From NCBI GenBank assembly GCA_965235115.1, contig OZ249436.1, positions 33,544,001 to 33,608,000 on the forward strand: a stretch of DNA of 64,000 nt. The letters are read 5' to 3'. Source of the DNA: Laetmonice hystrix (taxonomy: Eukaryota). Below are positions 51,203 through 64,000 of the stretch, one piece after another; positions within the stretch are counted from its first letter, which is position 1, and the number at the start of each line of letters is the position of its first letter. A program made the translations under genes and the position numbers. The notes under the pieces were generated by a model, which did no database searches, had not been told where the DNA came from, and worked only from the letters and a program-made list of their open reading frames with translations.

Positions 51203-52027
51203 TCACGGAGTCACTAGTGATCGCGCATGTTGGCTTAAGTCATGTTCATTACAGATACGGATGACTTTGCCCGAGTAGTCAGTAATTAGGACACGACCGT
51301 CTGTCGACCAGCAACCGTTGATCTTTTTTTCTTTTTTCATTATCCTTGCTTTGTAGAGAAGATGCGCCCTCTGCTTGGTCAGGTCTTCATTTATGTATAT
51401 ACGGGTTCCTTCCCACTGATCCCGCTCCTGGCGTTCCGCCCCATCATTGGCAGGAGTCGTAGGTGCTTGCCCGAGTATCTCACCGAGTTGCCATGGATTT
51501 GACGCCCTGCGGCCCCCGGGTCTCAGTGTTGTTCTCATCTTGTATACCCTTGCCCGTACACGATAGGTGGCAAACTTGACAATGACCTGGCGATGCTTCC
51601 CTTCTACTTTGGGCCCAGTCCTATGCGCACGGTCAATGTCCATCACTTGTATGGGAGGAGAAATCTCCATTCTACGGTTGAAGAGACCGAGTACAAGTTC
51701 AGTTGTGTCCTCAGTGTTGCCCTCAGGGAGCCCAGAGATCCTTAGACTATTTAGTCTAGAGTATTGTTCTAGGGCTTCGACATCCTCCTTGCCCTCTTTT
51801 AAGGTGGTCACTTCCTTTTTCAGGTCCTTCACCTCGGTTTCCAAGAGCTTAATTTTCTTATCTTTTTCTGCCACTATTTTCTTGATTTCACTTATTTCTT
51901 TTTTTAGGTCTCCTAACACCAGGGTTTTGATTTTAGCAGCAACCGCCTCATCATCGAGAGCCGCCTTGAAACCTTTAACAAATTCCTGAATATTTTCATC
52001 TTCAGGTGGTAGGGTTTTCCTAGGCAT
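51203..52027 (-). CDS. LINE ORF1: coiled coil + L1-ORF1/Transposase_22-like RRM and C-terminal domain (274 aa)
   Basis: Heptad-rich K/E segment followed by LEQYSRLNSLRISGLPE, IDRAHRTG, VIVKF, IYINEDLT and WSTDGRV. Lies upstream of ORF2 on the same strand. Confidence 0.9.
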   Translation of the reverse strand: MPRKTLPPEDENIQEFVKGFKAALDDEAVAAKIKTLVLGDLKKEISEIKKIVAEKDKKIKLLETEVKDLKKEVTTLKEGKEDVEALEQYSRLNSLRISGLPEGNTEDTTELVLGLFNRRMEISPPIQVMDIDRAHRTGPKVEGKHRQVIVKFATYRVRARVYKMRTTLRPGGRRASNPWQLGEILGQAPTTPANDGAERQERDQWEGTRIYINEDLTKQRAHLLYKARIMKKEKKINGCWSTDGRVLITDYSGKVIRICNEHDLSQHARSLVTP

Positions 52028-52519
52028 GATTGATCACGGGGGTCCTGATATGTATGTTCGATAGACGTCAGTGCAGTCAGCAGGACCAAAAACAAATTAT
52101 CGGCTTCAAGGCATGTGTCACACACACGGCTTCATAACTGGAACAATCCGTATCCACAGACCTTCATGGTTCAGTGCATTCGCCTGTACCTGTTCAGTCA
52201 AGGTATCATAGTCAGTCCTACCTGCAGGGGCCTGGTTATTTATATCACGCTCGGAAAGCGTTCAGGTATAAGCTCCAATGTTCATCAAATTCTGCAAAGT
52301 TCCAGATTCTGGCGGCAACGTTCAATCACTAGTAGAATCCACGGTGTAAGAGTAATCCTCTGTCCAAAGTATGTAGTCATATATATCGTCCTTGCACGTA
52401 AAATTGGGATTATGTTATGCCAGCCATTTGATCCCACACCGCACACCACACCACCACGTGACAAGAGTACTGACTGTCTAATCACATCAATGCCGTTTAG
52501 TTTTACCAGGATACTGAAA

Positions 52520-52625
52520 CCACCCTCCCCTTCTACTGGGAATTTATAGGATCTGCCACGACGCTGTAGTCCCCACCCTCCCCTTCTAGTGGGAATTTAT
52601 AGGATCTGCCACGACGCTATAGTCC
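52520..52625. repeat. 53-bp direct tandem duplication near the LINE 5' end
   Basis: ccaccctccccttctaStgggaatttataggatctgccacgacgctRtagtcc at 52520 and 52573. Confidence 0.9.
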
Positions 52626-53142
52626 CCGAGGTGTCAATGGAGTGATAGCATCGGTCGTGACGCCCATTGAAACCGTCCACCCGCTGACATCACTATCTTT
52701 CAATCGGTCGTGTGTCGGGACTGCTTGTCAAACCAAATGACTTAGAAGGAACGGCATCTTCTACCATTCACTCTATATATGTCGCCTCTATACTCATGAA
52801 TGAGCAAAGTCTGTCCGTTCTGTCATTCATTCGAAGAGATGGAATTACTTAAATCTGTCATGGAATCAGATTTATAAAAGATGTATACATAATTGCTTCA
52901 TATACCCGGTTACTGATGACAAAAATAAAGACTTTCACAAAATGTTTGATTTTGTTTCGCTTTTCGGTCTAACGCTCCGAAGTTTTACGCAGTATTAATG
53001 ACAGATATACACTGAACAATACATTGTTAATTTTCTTAAAGCGAACATTTGTATTTAGTTAATGGTTATTTGTTAATTGGGCGACACTTTTAATTCCCAC
53101 TCGGACACCTGATAAATGTCTGACAGGTGGCAACCATTTGCC

Positions 53143-53282
53143 TTTACCGTATCGGCATGACGTTTACCGTATCGGCATGACGTTTACCGTATCGTCATGA
53201 CCGTATCGCAATGACGTTAATCGCATTGGCATGACGTTTCTCGTATTGGCATGATGTTTATCATATTGGCATGACGTTTATA
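53143..53282. repeat. 20-bp minisatellite (tttaccgtatcggcatgacg), about 7 progressively degenerate copies
   Basis: Directly visible periodicity. Confidence 0.85.
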
Positions 53283-55470
53283 TTCGGAGGAATACTTCAC
53301 AACAGAAGTAGATGTTGATGGTGACACAGAAAATAAGGTATAATACACACTCTGACTTCAGTTTGCCTCTGCACATGTTGCAACCTTCCGATAAGAATGT
53401 CAATAACGGGAAAGCCTCCGTTAATGGAGAAAGTATATCAAATCTGCGGAAGTTCAGAACCGTGACGGAGATGAATGCACCACGCCTAATAACACTTCAT
53501 GGCAGCGCAAACAAGTTAAATGTTATCAACCAAGCACGTGGCCAAGCCAGCAAAGGTCACCCACATAAAGCCCTCCAAGTCGACATTTCATACGACCTGA
53601 GCTATCTTCAGGTCTCCAGGACCTCACAGGGCAACAACCATGGACGTGTATCGGCTGGGGAGTCCGGCACCGACTTGCAGAGAAGAATGCACATAGGTCC
53701 GCCGACGAAGTGAGATCATTCATGCGAGAGGCGGTTATTTACGCCTTGCTGCCTCTGAATGAAAGCTGCCTGTCAGCTCTCCCGGCGATGGCGAAAAATC
53801 TCACAATCTCTCTTAGCGCTAAACAAAGAGACACCTTCCGATGGAGAGCGTAAACAGTCGATTCTTTATCGGAAACTTTCGCCGGAAACCCTCCATACCG
53901 TTTCAAAATGCCGTTACGAATACAAAATCTTTAGTTGTAGGTGTCCATTGTGTTGAACACCAAATGAGGCAACAGCCTCGTTGGCGGTTTAGTGCTCCGT
54001 CGAACATACCTTCCCCCCAGTGTTTAACATTAAGACGAAGTCTGCAAACTTTGGCCGTTAACGTCTTATGGATGGCGACGGACCCTAATTGCGTGTCCGC
54101 TCGGGCGTCTTTTTCTTCTTTAAGCCCGGGCCGGCCCACTTCGTTGTTATTAACGTGGCAAATGAAAGGTTCCCTCACGTTTCAGCCTCGACCGACCGAA
54201 ATATGCTTTCCAATTTGCCGCCCCATCACGCCCGGGTCGGGGGCCGTCTATCCTAGAAGAAAGTCTTCTAGTCTGATTGCACAGATAACCCTGAAACGGT
54301 AGAGCTGTATTTCTTTGCAACTTCCTCTCTCTGCCATTGTGACCCCGAGTGTCAGCCGGCTTGCATCGGCGGGTCGACTGGATATTGGCTAAATTGAAGA
54401 CCGAAACTTTGTTTGTGCCCGCCATGACAGTAGCCATCAAAATACCGTTATAGCTTGATGCATATCAAAGGCCAGTATACAGGGTAACTAAAGTGGCTTA
54501 TGTAGCGACGGAACCCATAGACTCGTTCTTGCCCAGTCGTACGTAACTGGATCATTGCATGTATGTTGTAGCGGTACTGGACGTTCTCGTATTTTCCTGT
54601 TTCTTGAAGATGAACCAGTATGGGGACAGATAACCCCTTCTGACATAGTGAAATGAGGCCAGGGAGTTCCATATAGCATGGAGATAAGTGATGAAAAGTA
54701 ATATTTCCAGTGAACATTATTGTTTCCATTGAAGACAGCCTTTCTAAAATTGCACGTCTTTCGCCAAGTATTATTTACAGAACTTCAGCTATCACCCAAT
54801 GTCATTTTGATTTTCTTGTGTTAAAAATTGATGATCTTCATGCAGGTTCTTTTTCTCCCAGCTGGTCTGCGAGGTTTTCAGTCTTTATAAAGTGAACAAA
54901 CAAGAGCTGAGACAGTTCTTCCAAGGGCTTCTGTACAATCATTTTAAAGAGCAAAACGACATATCGTTGCTGCACCCAATCCACTTGGGTGTCATATACA
55001 AGACACAAAGGACATTTTAGAAGACGGCTGTGTCCGCAGGGTTAATGGGTCGTTTCGATTTGTTGTGGCCGGGGCCTTGGGCTACTGCCGATTAACTTCG
55101 TTATAACTGCACAGGGCACAGCTGCATAGAAAAGGAGACATTGGTCCGCATTATTTTGATCGCGTAATGAGTAAAGGTACGAGACCTCCCTTAAAGTAGC
55201 GGGCTTCCAGGTCCATCAAAGGACCATCCTAGAGAGTATTACACATGGATCGATATGTACGACATACCCTTGCGGGTTCACAGGACGAAGCCTACACATT
55301 TACCGCAGTTTATAGGTTTATCAAGAATAACTTTGACTTCATGCTACCAAGGACGTCAACAGCTGTTTGGAAATCGCCTCAATCGCCGAAGTAGGACGGG
55401 GTTAATAATTACTCGCGTTTTATTCTGTTGGAACCTTTGTTCAGGCCTAAGGGGTGATGATATGGTGAAA

Positions 55471-55565
55471 AAGAAGATCGAAGAAGAAGAAGAAGAAGAA
55501 GAAGAAGAAGCAGGAGGAGAGGAAGAAGAAGAAAAGAAGAAAAAGAAGAAGAAAGAGGAGGAGGA
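55471..55565. repeat. (GAA)n/(GAG)n purine microsatellite
   Basis: Directly visible. Confidence 0.95.
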
Positions 55566-58500
55566 CACAAAAGCACAGTTTCCCACACGACATTTCTGGG
55601 AATACATTGGGCCTACATTGTATTGACGTGACCATCCACTGGGATCAACACGTCATTTTTTATTTATTTGTAACCTTTTGTTCCCTGGGTTCCAATGGCG
55701 GTGATGGCCATAGCGTCGACGAGTATAAAGGGAAACGCCCTTAGTCGCCACGTGTGACATGGCTGACATGCCATTGGACCCTTTATATCCCTGGAGTTCC
55801 ACATATCAAAGGTGATTTCTCTTTCACAGATTTATCCTGGCACGTCACCGGATCCTACGTCAGTGCTGACTCGTAGATCACTGGAATCAGCTATGATAAC
55901 ATGACCTATGATTTAAAATCACTAGATGATATGTATATGGTCATAATAACTGCGCTCTTAAGGCAAACATAAAGAAAAGACAATATTATCCTAGGAGAAT
56001 ATTAGATAGCAACCTTAGCATTCAAATTGCCATCATGCAGTGCCAATAATGGTAATAAAGTACGGTACCGGTGACGCTGTATTAACACAATGAGAGTTCT
56101 TTTCCCCAGCCATCATCCAACCAGGTGCAGCCACTTCCGGTCCAAACCGAAACAAATGGCATGGTAGGGAAATGAGATTGCCGTGGTTTTCATACTAACG
56201 ACTCCTGTCGCCCGGCTGTCATGGGTGTTTATGCCTTCACCAACTGCTGGCAGTTTCACTGTTCATCTACAACGAATGACGTACTGCGCGCGCATGAAGG
56301 GCGTTCGAAATGCAGCCACTCTCCAGTCGGTGAGACTGGATTCCGGTTTGGTGGTTAATAAATTGTACGAGATCCCGACCCCGGTCCGCCAATGGTTCGT
56401 CGTTCAGAGGGTGCACTTGTTTGGTTTTCTGATCGGATCCATCAATGGCTCTCTGACATTTTTGTCGGTTAACTTCTTTTCTGTCGTTTTTGAAAAGCCA
56501 TCAACGAATGATCGAACGTGCACGAGGTGTGGGACAAACAGCGTGCACTTAAATTCTCAAAGAGAGACACAATGGCAAGGACCAGAGGAAACAGCGTCAA
56601 CCTAGGTGGACTAGAACAAGGCACATACTGTATCCGTACCCACCTTCTCGCGCGGGTTTACCTATGGCTACGTCTATGGTAAAGATAACGTCATGGTCAG
56701 ATCCATTACTATACAGTTGACAGAACAATTATATTCTTCTACGAGGCTATCAGCAGCTCTAGGCGGTTCGGTTCTGTCGCTAAGTGTCATAAGTGTCACT
56801 GTCAGCCGAAGCGTGAAGAAACTCTACACGGATTTTGGTAACTGTCAGAGCTCCTGCGTTTGGTGTTAATTCAGATCCTTTATAGAAACCTGATACAACA
56901 CCTAGATATACTCTATTTTTACTCTTCCTGGCCCATTCATAGCCTTTATAATTCAGAGAGCTTCCTCTAGAGCCCGGACAATCACTACAATAACACAGGT
57001 ATAGAAAGCTCCAGTTTCCGTTCCCTGTGTATGCTATAGGTTCTCTATATTAACGAAATTAAAGAACAGTCTAATTATTGAGGTCTATATATCTTCAACT
57101 GTCATTGATAATGTCCAACTCTTTATAAGCACACGAATACCAATTTAGTCGGAACCACCTGAAGTATTCCGAAATGGCCCTGAACTAGACGGGTCCCCTG
57201 CCTGTAACAGACGCGCCGCTATGTTAGGACAGGCGATCGGTAATTTAACTTGGCAGAAATCCGAGAAGCGGACGGAAGTTAAGTTTTTACGATAACTGAA
57301 ATTGGTAAATAATATGATGGCAAAGTCTAATCTAGTCATACGGTCTTGTTCAGATTTACCGTTTTTTTCCACGCCAATGTCATGTGGGTGACCATTATAT
57401 TTTTCTGCAATAAATGCCATTTGAATGTAGATCCATATGCCATTAAAAAAGCCGTGTAATATATTAGAGTGCAACGTTATTTTGTTTCAATATCATTCTA
57501 CAGTATCCATCTACTTCTTCATTTACAAACAACCAAAAGCAATAGATGCCCTGCAGGCTGGGCGATTTTATGATTGTTATTACTTCGCGATAATGGAGGA
57601 TGTGGAACAGTATCCGGATGTCAAGAATCAGAGACATAATCGGGAGATGATGAAATATATATACACACATAACATAGTCTAGACTTGATACAAAGAAACC
57701 CCACACATCGAAATGAGAGGACTCTCCCCTCCCCTCTCCCCAATCGCCCAAGACGTTACAATAGAGAATTTACGTTACGTTACGTTTTTGATGTCGCAAA
57801 ACAAACAACAGGGGCTTGAATATATCTACATGTACTATACCTTTGTCCTATACAGGTGTCACAAATAGGCCCCACATTCCTACTGAAAATATCGTACCGA
57901 CATCTACTGAAAATATCGTACCGGAAACATCGGATTTCATTCTGATATACGTGTCCTGGGACAAAACTCTAGACCTGAAGAAAACGGCTCGTAATGGGAG
58001 AACAAGCTGTAGGGATTGAACTAGGCCTAGTATAAAAGGATCAATAAAAAAAAGTAAGAAACTTGCAACCCTCAGATATTTACATCAAGGATTGTCGGCC
58101 AGACTTGAGAGGCCCCATGATCAGCCCATGCTTACTGATTACTGAAAATTGCATTCATTTGTCGTCTCAGGTGACATACTTAAGTAGGAGTATACATAAA
58201 CCTTTCACGCGGAGATCGATACTGAGCTGTTGTCAGGGAATTTAATTAATCTTGACAACCATGGCCCTGCTCATCTTTATAATCCTCCCATGCAATAACA
58301 TTCTGATTCCCCCTTGTGCAAACATCACGCTGGTTAAACGTACTGTGCACTTTCTAGTCCATGCCCAAGTGGGTTGGAACCTTTAATTAGTCCCATGTCT
58401 CTGCCCCTTGTAATTAAGGCAATTCATCGCTTAATGCCAAAATTTTCTAAAATCAAGGAAATCATATCGATTTTGAGGTGACAAAACAGGCACCAGTACA

Positions 58501-61500
58501 TTGGATAGGTTGTTTTGGGAGTTGTTCCGATGTGTAATTCTAACTATGAATCAATATTATTCTTTGTATTATACCCCTGGTATTCCATGGGTATGAGTCC
58601 AAAGGAATGCAAATGGAGAGCTACTATTTAAAGAATGCATACAGAGTATATCGTCCGTAAATGTTGAACAACACGGCCACAATTATATCTAAAGATTCTA
58701 TCAAGTCGGTTTAGACTTTTGAGAATCCTATCAAAATGATGGAACAATACGCATGGAGAATAGCTAATTTAATTAACTTATGTCCATCCATGCAATCGAT
58801 CACCCTTCTAATTATGGTTCCGACTGGCCATAGAGACGACCTGAATATGCAACTCATTTCACCATTGTAATATCGCAGAAAAAAATCTCAATTCAGATTA
58901 TAACTCTTAAACGTCAGAGAAGCAATGGAAATTATATTCAGAAATTTGTTACGGTTTCTTTTGTTTCCCCATTTCTGGTGTGTTGACCGTCTTCATTCCT
59001 TCCCCGAAGGAATCTTAGATAACCATGTTTTGAAAAAAACCACGTCTGGCATCGGTCCAAGGCGAGCAGCAATGGCGTTAAAGACGTTCCGATAGGATTC
59101 ATAGTCGATCTGCGTATATACCTGGGGGACATCCAAGTACACCATACAGGCTCCGGTAACATGCATGAATGTCACGTGATGATAATCGATGTGAACGTAA
59201 TCCTATTTTGGACTGCCGAGGGTCAAGGGGTCGGGGTAGTCGGAGTATTTGATAACTACATTTCTCCGAATGGCACTTGCCACCTAACTGGTCGTGATAT
59301 GTCACATTGTGTGGGGAATCGCCCCAACGTCAGATTATTGCGGACACGTCGCAAGGTCTGTCATGACAATCTTCAGGCCAAGCAAAACGAACTAATGAAA
59401 ACTACGACTAAATATCCTAGGAGGGTTACTCCTTAATTGAATAGTAGCAGGAGCAGTGGTCTTAAAGTTGTTCCAAAGTGAGTCGCTGTTCAATGCAAAT
59501 ACGCACAGATTTAAGTTGCGAGACTGTCGTTTGCTAAAACTAATTCCATTTTGGTCCTTTGTGTTCCGGCGAGTCTACAATCCACACAGATTCAAGGAGT
59601 GAGCGCAAACTGTGGAGACAGGGTATGTAAACACTGTACGTGGCAAATACTAGACGTGTTTCCCTGCCTCTCTGGTTCAGCGGAATCCCTGAACCAGAAA
59701 CACATCGGAGGAGGAGGAGGAGGAGGAGGAGCCTGGTCGAACAATAACGTGTTAGTGCATGGCGCCGTCGGCGGTTTACATAGAATTCTTTAATATACTA
59801 ATGCCGATATATCCCACCAATATACTGACGCAAACGTGGACGTGGGCGGGGGTCGTCCGAAAGTGTAGACACTACTAAAAGATCGACTGGAGTGGATTTT
59901 AAGTCGGATGACTGTATTTGTATAGACAAAAGGTACAGACAAAACGACAAGAATAATTGTATACCTTTGGTAATGTGAGACGCAAGAGAAGCAATCGGAC
60001 CCGGACCATTACCGACCTAACCAGGGGCTATGATACGCGCGAAGCAGAGAATTTGAGACGTTCTATAGAAAAATACGATTAAGGGGTTAAAAAACAGAGA
60101 TTGATATTAAAGCTAGAACCTAATTGTCCAGGCGGCATAGACTGTGAAGACATGGACGTGAAGCATATTAGTAGCCCCGAGATGTGCGACAATTTACCAT
60201 AGGATGCATGAGTTTCCATCCCTTATATCGGATATAATCTGTGTACCTGGACCCAGACTGTCTACTGAGGATCCTGTACACCCCTTTGCCGAAGCTCTGG
60301 CCATGGCCGACATCTACCCGGAGCTGGCCCTGCGCCACATCTTTGAGCTGCGTACTTCAATCTGAGTTTTGTACCATTAACAATGTAAAGCAATTATCAT
60401 TGAATGTCCTGTGAATGACTGATGGACTAAAGACTGGTAAGGCTGGCATAGTTCAAAGTTTTTCTTTAATAATGTCATTTTAAGTAACTCAGTTGGTGCG
60501 GAAAGAACATTATTTGGACCAAGTTACCAAAAGCCTCAACAAAGTCCCCCAAGATATACGTACATAGATCTCGACATAATGAATCCTCGTCTATAATTAA
60601 TACTATTGAATGACACACGGTCAGTTCTCAGTAACTCTCTTATTATTGTTCCAGGAATATGTTTTCGAGACGAAACCTGCGTTTTCCGAGAAGCACTGGA
60701 TTAAGGTCTGCGTTGAGTAAACACATAGAATAAACATTAAGTTGCGAAACCCTCGTAGTCCATACTGTCGTCTCACAGAAATAAACAGCACCGCAAAATG
60801 GCTCGTTCGTCAACAGAAGTCGCTTACTGAGGGTTGGCTGTGAATGTGGCTAGGCGACTTCAGAAGAACTGGCTTTCTTTATCGTCGAGCCCAGTCATAC
60901 AATGCAAACGAACGGACGGGATATGAGGGAGGGGACGGTGGTAGTTATAGCAGAACACGCATCCCTTTTTAACAGACTCATCAAAGCTTCTACCAAGCTA
61001 AGACAGGACCGACTCGTAATCTGTGGTTTTGTGCTGCGGATCGTTTGGTTACTTCCACAACGAATCCACAGAGACCTGGTGAAGATACGATTTGATTTTA
61101 TGCCTCACTCGCGCCATATCCTGCCGGCTGCCTAATCCACGGTGCGCGTCGCTGCCGATAGGAATAATCTCGCTATCGTGCGGATTATCGGGTTAGATAG
61201 CTCAATGCCTCAAGCCAGATCAGCCGATGTGTGGTGTGATTAGAATATAGCTGCATGACGTCAGTGTCGGAACGCGCAGAAACTTGTTTTTATGCCAAAC
61301 CTTGGTGAGTTACGGTCCCTTGAACTTATTCGCTGCCAACAGGTCCAGATTCGTCCTGACATCGCGTTAGGCCCTCTAATTTCAGTTCATCAGAAGTGAT
61401 GATTTTTCAATCTTATGAATGTCTCAAAGTACCGATATTATATGGAACTGTCTATGCTTGACCTGCCATAATTCGACGTTCTAGCATTTTCATGAAGTAC

Positions 61501-63694
61501 GATTCTTTGCAATGCCACCAAACCTGACCATATGTATCGTAGCACGCTGAAAATATTGAATAATTATTATTTAAATATTCAAAAAGGCCCGTTGTGTTTT
61601 TAATGCGTAAACCATGCTGCTGGTCTTTATCTATTTGTTTCAGGTTTTTTTTCACATCCATTATAGGAACACTCATTGAACAACTCATTGCCGACTAATG
61701 AAAAAATAACTTCAGTCGATGGGTACAAGTACCAAAGCATTTTGGTACAGTATATTCGAATTATAAACGCCCCTCACAAGAGGTTGTCATCTGAAGTATT
61801 TATATATTCAGTGTTGTATATGTAGTATGTCACCTTTGGATGGCCAGTGCACTGTAGTACTAACAAATACCTAATGACAGGTGTAAAGCCCAACTACAGG
61901 CGCGTGCCTTACCTCTGTTGTCACGCCCGTCTGGCCAAATCAAACTGGTATCCTCTTAACATGTATAATATAATCAATCGCTTCTTACCGTCTACCACGG
62001 AGCACTTTTTAAAGAAATGCTCTGAAGTAACCTTGTGTATACCAAGGGTTAGGTGTGTACCTCAGAATAGGTGTATACAAAGTGTAAATCGTTATACACC
62101 GCTGATGAAAACAACCCGGCGTGATTCTTTACCGTGAAAAACACATCAAATGTCCTTAACTAGAATCTGTAACTGGTTATCCAAATTTCGAAATTTGTAT
62201 TTAATCTATTTCAAAATAACTTGCTGACGCAGTTTTAGCCTTTTAAGCAGAAATTTAGTTTGCAAATAATTTGGTAGGCTCTATATACGTGCGGTAACAA
62301 TGTATAGCTACACTATATTCACCCCGTGATTGGCAGCAAAATGGCTTGAAATTGGAGAAATCGGCATGACTGTCAAACCTAGTTGGATTAACTTGTGATT
62401 GGACATCGTCTCCAAGACGGTATCATGTGATCACACGTCGTCTATGTTCGTAGTTATAAGTTATGCTCCCTGGCACCACCGATATAGATCTACTATATTA
62501 TCGACGCCGCAATGAACCGGAATAATCCGGTCGTGAGGCGCGTCACCCGAGCAGACGACACTCACTTAACTTGACGTGGTCATACGTCAAACATGATACG
62601 GCCTTGGCGTGATCTGTGACTGCGTAACCCAGCATTGAGTGACGAGCAGGAGGCCAAAATCGAAACTACGAACCGTGATGTTTAATATCGTTAACAGCAA
62701 CGACGTCCCGCGGTCTTATAACGGTCTTGTACGTCTGAGGCATACGGAAGATGTCAGGAAGACCAGCGACGCTGTCTTCGGTATCATATCGACTTTTTGT
62801 TCCATAGTGATACTTCAAGAATTCCTACCCTCAGTTATGTTCCTGGAGCGTTAAAGAACATGCAGAGCAGCCGAAAAAAGATGTTTGAACGGAGGACGTG
62901 TTTCCTGGTATCCTGTGGTTGGCAGAAGTGATAATTGGCTAGGAGGGGATGTTCAGCGATGAAGGCTACGTTTTGAAGTATATCCCAAGTCGACACATAA
63001 TTAATTATACCGTTGATGTCTTGTAACTAGACGTGAAAAAGGTAACACACCTCCCATCATCAGGCATTTGAGATTTTTGAGCTCCATACCTTCTAGACTT
63101 AAACCCTCCGATATATTCATCAGCGGAAATTTACTCTCAGATATCACATAACATGATATGCTTCATTCCCAAATGGTAGCATGAGACAGCAGAGTAGGAA
63201 TCGTTGCAATTTGCTATCTAATAGAAAGATGATCATGATGGTTCGGTTTTCTGGCGTCAGCATCCGTGAAATTTCATGATAGGATTTCTTTTTCATGCAA
63301 TTGTATTTGCGTGTCTATTTCGATCTTACGACAGCTGAGATAGAATGAATCAAAATTATGATATCAACCAATTGCAACGCCACACGTTGTATTGTACGCT
63401 CTCAGGACTGAAGACCAAAATGATCTATTTGTCTATGTATTTTTGTGACGCTCGGCGCCAGGTTGCCGCCATGTCTAGGCGCGGTTGTGATATGGTTACT
63501 CACTTATTTTGATATGACAGCTTTGTTATAATTAAGCTTTCATAATTATGATCGCATCAACCTGATCAAGAATAATTACGGCGGAGACTGCAGCAATAAC
63601 ATTTAAGTTAGAAGATTAAACGCATGTGATACACTTCTTTTGTATATTTCCATCCTGATTCATCATAGAAAGGCTTCCTTAAGTTAAGACTCAC

Positions 63695-64000
63695 CTGTCT
63701 TGATAATGTGGCTTCATTTTCATACATTGTAGCCTCGGCAGGCTCGTCGTTATATGCGTCTAGAGTTACAGTGACCGTGGTACACGGGTACTTAGAGTTG
63801 CACCCCTTGCCACAAGAACAGCGTCTCTCATCGCTTGCCTCCTCCCACCGGATCGGGTTACAAACAGTGTCCTCGAAATGCATGGCCCTGTGGTAAGGTG
63901 CCACGATAAGTACCCCAATCACAATGAGCGACACCACACTGGAGAGAATGAACAAGGCCAGGCACATATAAAGGCAAATCGTACAGGGTCGGGAGCGGAT
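63695..64000 (-). CDS. KCNMB: BK channel beta subunit-like protein, upstream coding exon (5'-truncated by the window edge)
   Basis: TM1 followed by C...CSCGKGCNSKYPC..V.V and YENE, typical of the CaKB loop. Donor CAG|GTGAGT at 63695/63694, phase 0, joining in frame to CSYYPPC. The frame is open to position 64000 (IRSRPCTICLYMCLAL...). Confidence 0.85.

Larger units (their letters stand above)
47091..52465 (-). mobile_element. Near full-length non-LTR retrotransposon (LINE, CR1/L2 group, possibly Crack-like)
   Basis: Two uninterrupted ORFs and a 3' UTR ending in AATAAA (47116-47121) followed by a (TTGAC)n tail (47091-47108). The 5' boundary is approximate; no TSD found. Confidence 0.92.

Noticed and set aside
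51567..51989. 140-aa plus-strand ORF
   Set aside because: Antisense shadow of LINE ORF1.
55255..55635. Poly-E/K, poly-S/F ORFs
   Set aside because: Translations of a (GAA)n repeat.

Overview
Animal (probably marine-invertebrate-type) genomic DNA with spliceosomal genes, microsatellites and many small DNA-transposon derivatives; there are no prokaryotic features. Three host genes can be rebuilt by hand, all on the minus strand. Two are tandem paralogous EamA/DMT-fold transporters (SLC35G-like), each with two coding exons: 14127-14003 + 10930-9943 (370 aa) and 23706-23597 + 22365-21462 (337 aa). The third is a BK-channel beta-subunit-like (KCNMB/CaKB) gene whose two visible exons (>64000-63695 and 35258-35001) are separated by a 28.4-kb phase-0 intron. 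That intron holds an apparently intact, co-oriented CR1/L2-group LINE (ORF1; ORF2 with PHD-APE-RT; AATAAA plus (TTGAC)n tail). The rest is a mosaic of non-autonomous elements (Harbinger-like, Tc1/mariner-like, Kolobok-like, hAT-like and unclassified foldbacks) and tandem repeats. The most unusual local observations are a MITE whose target-site duplication is a gene's stop codon, a foldback element seeding a 41-bp minisatellite, head-to-tail MITE doublets and a near-perfect 155-bp palindrome. I found no convincing wholly novel multi-gene system. Superfamily assignments rest on termini and TSDs only, not on database searches.
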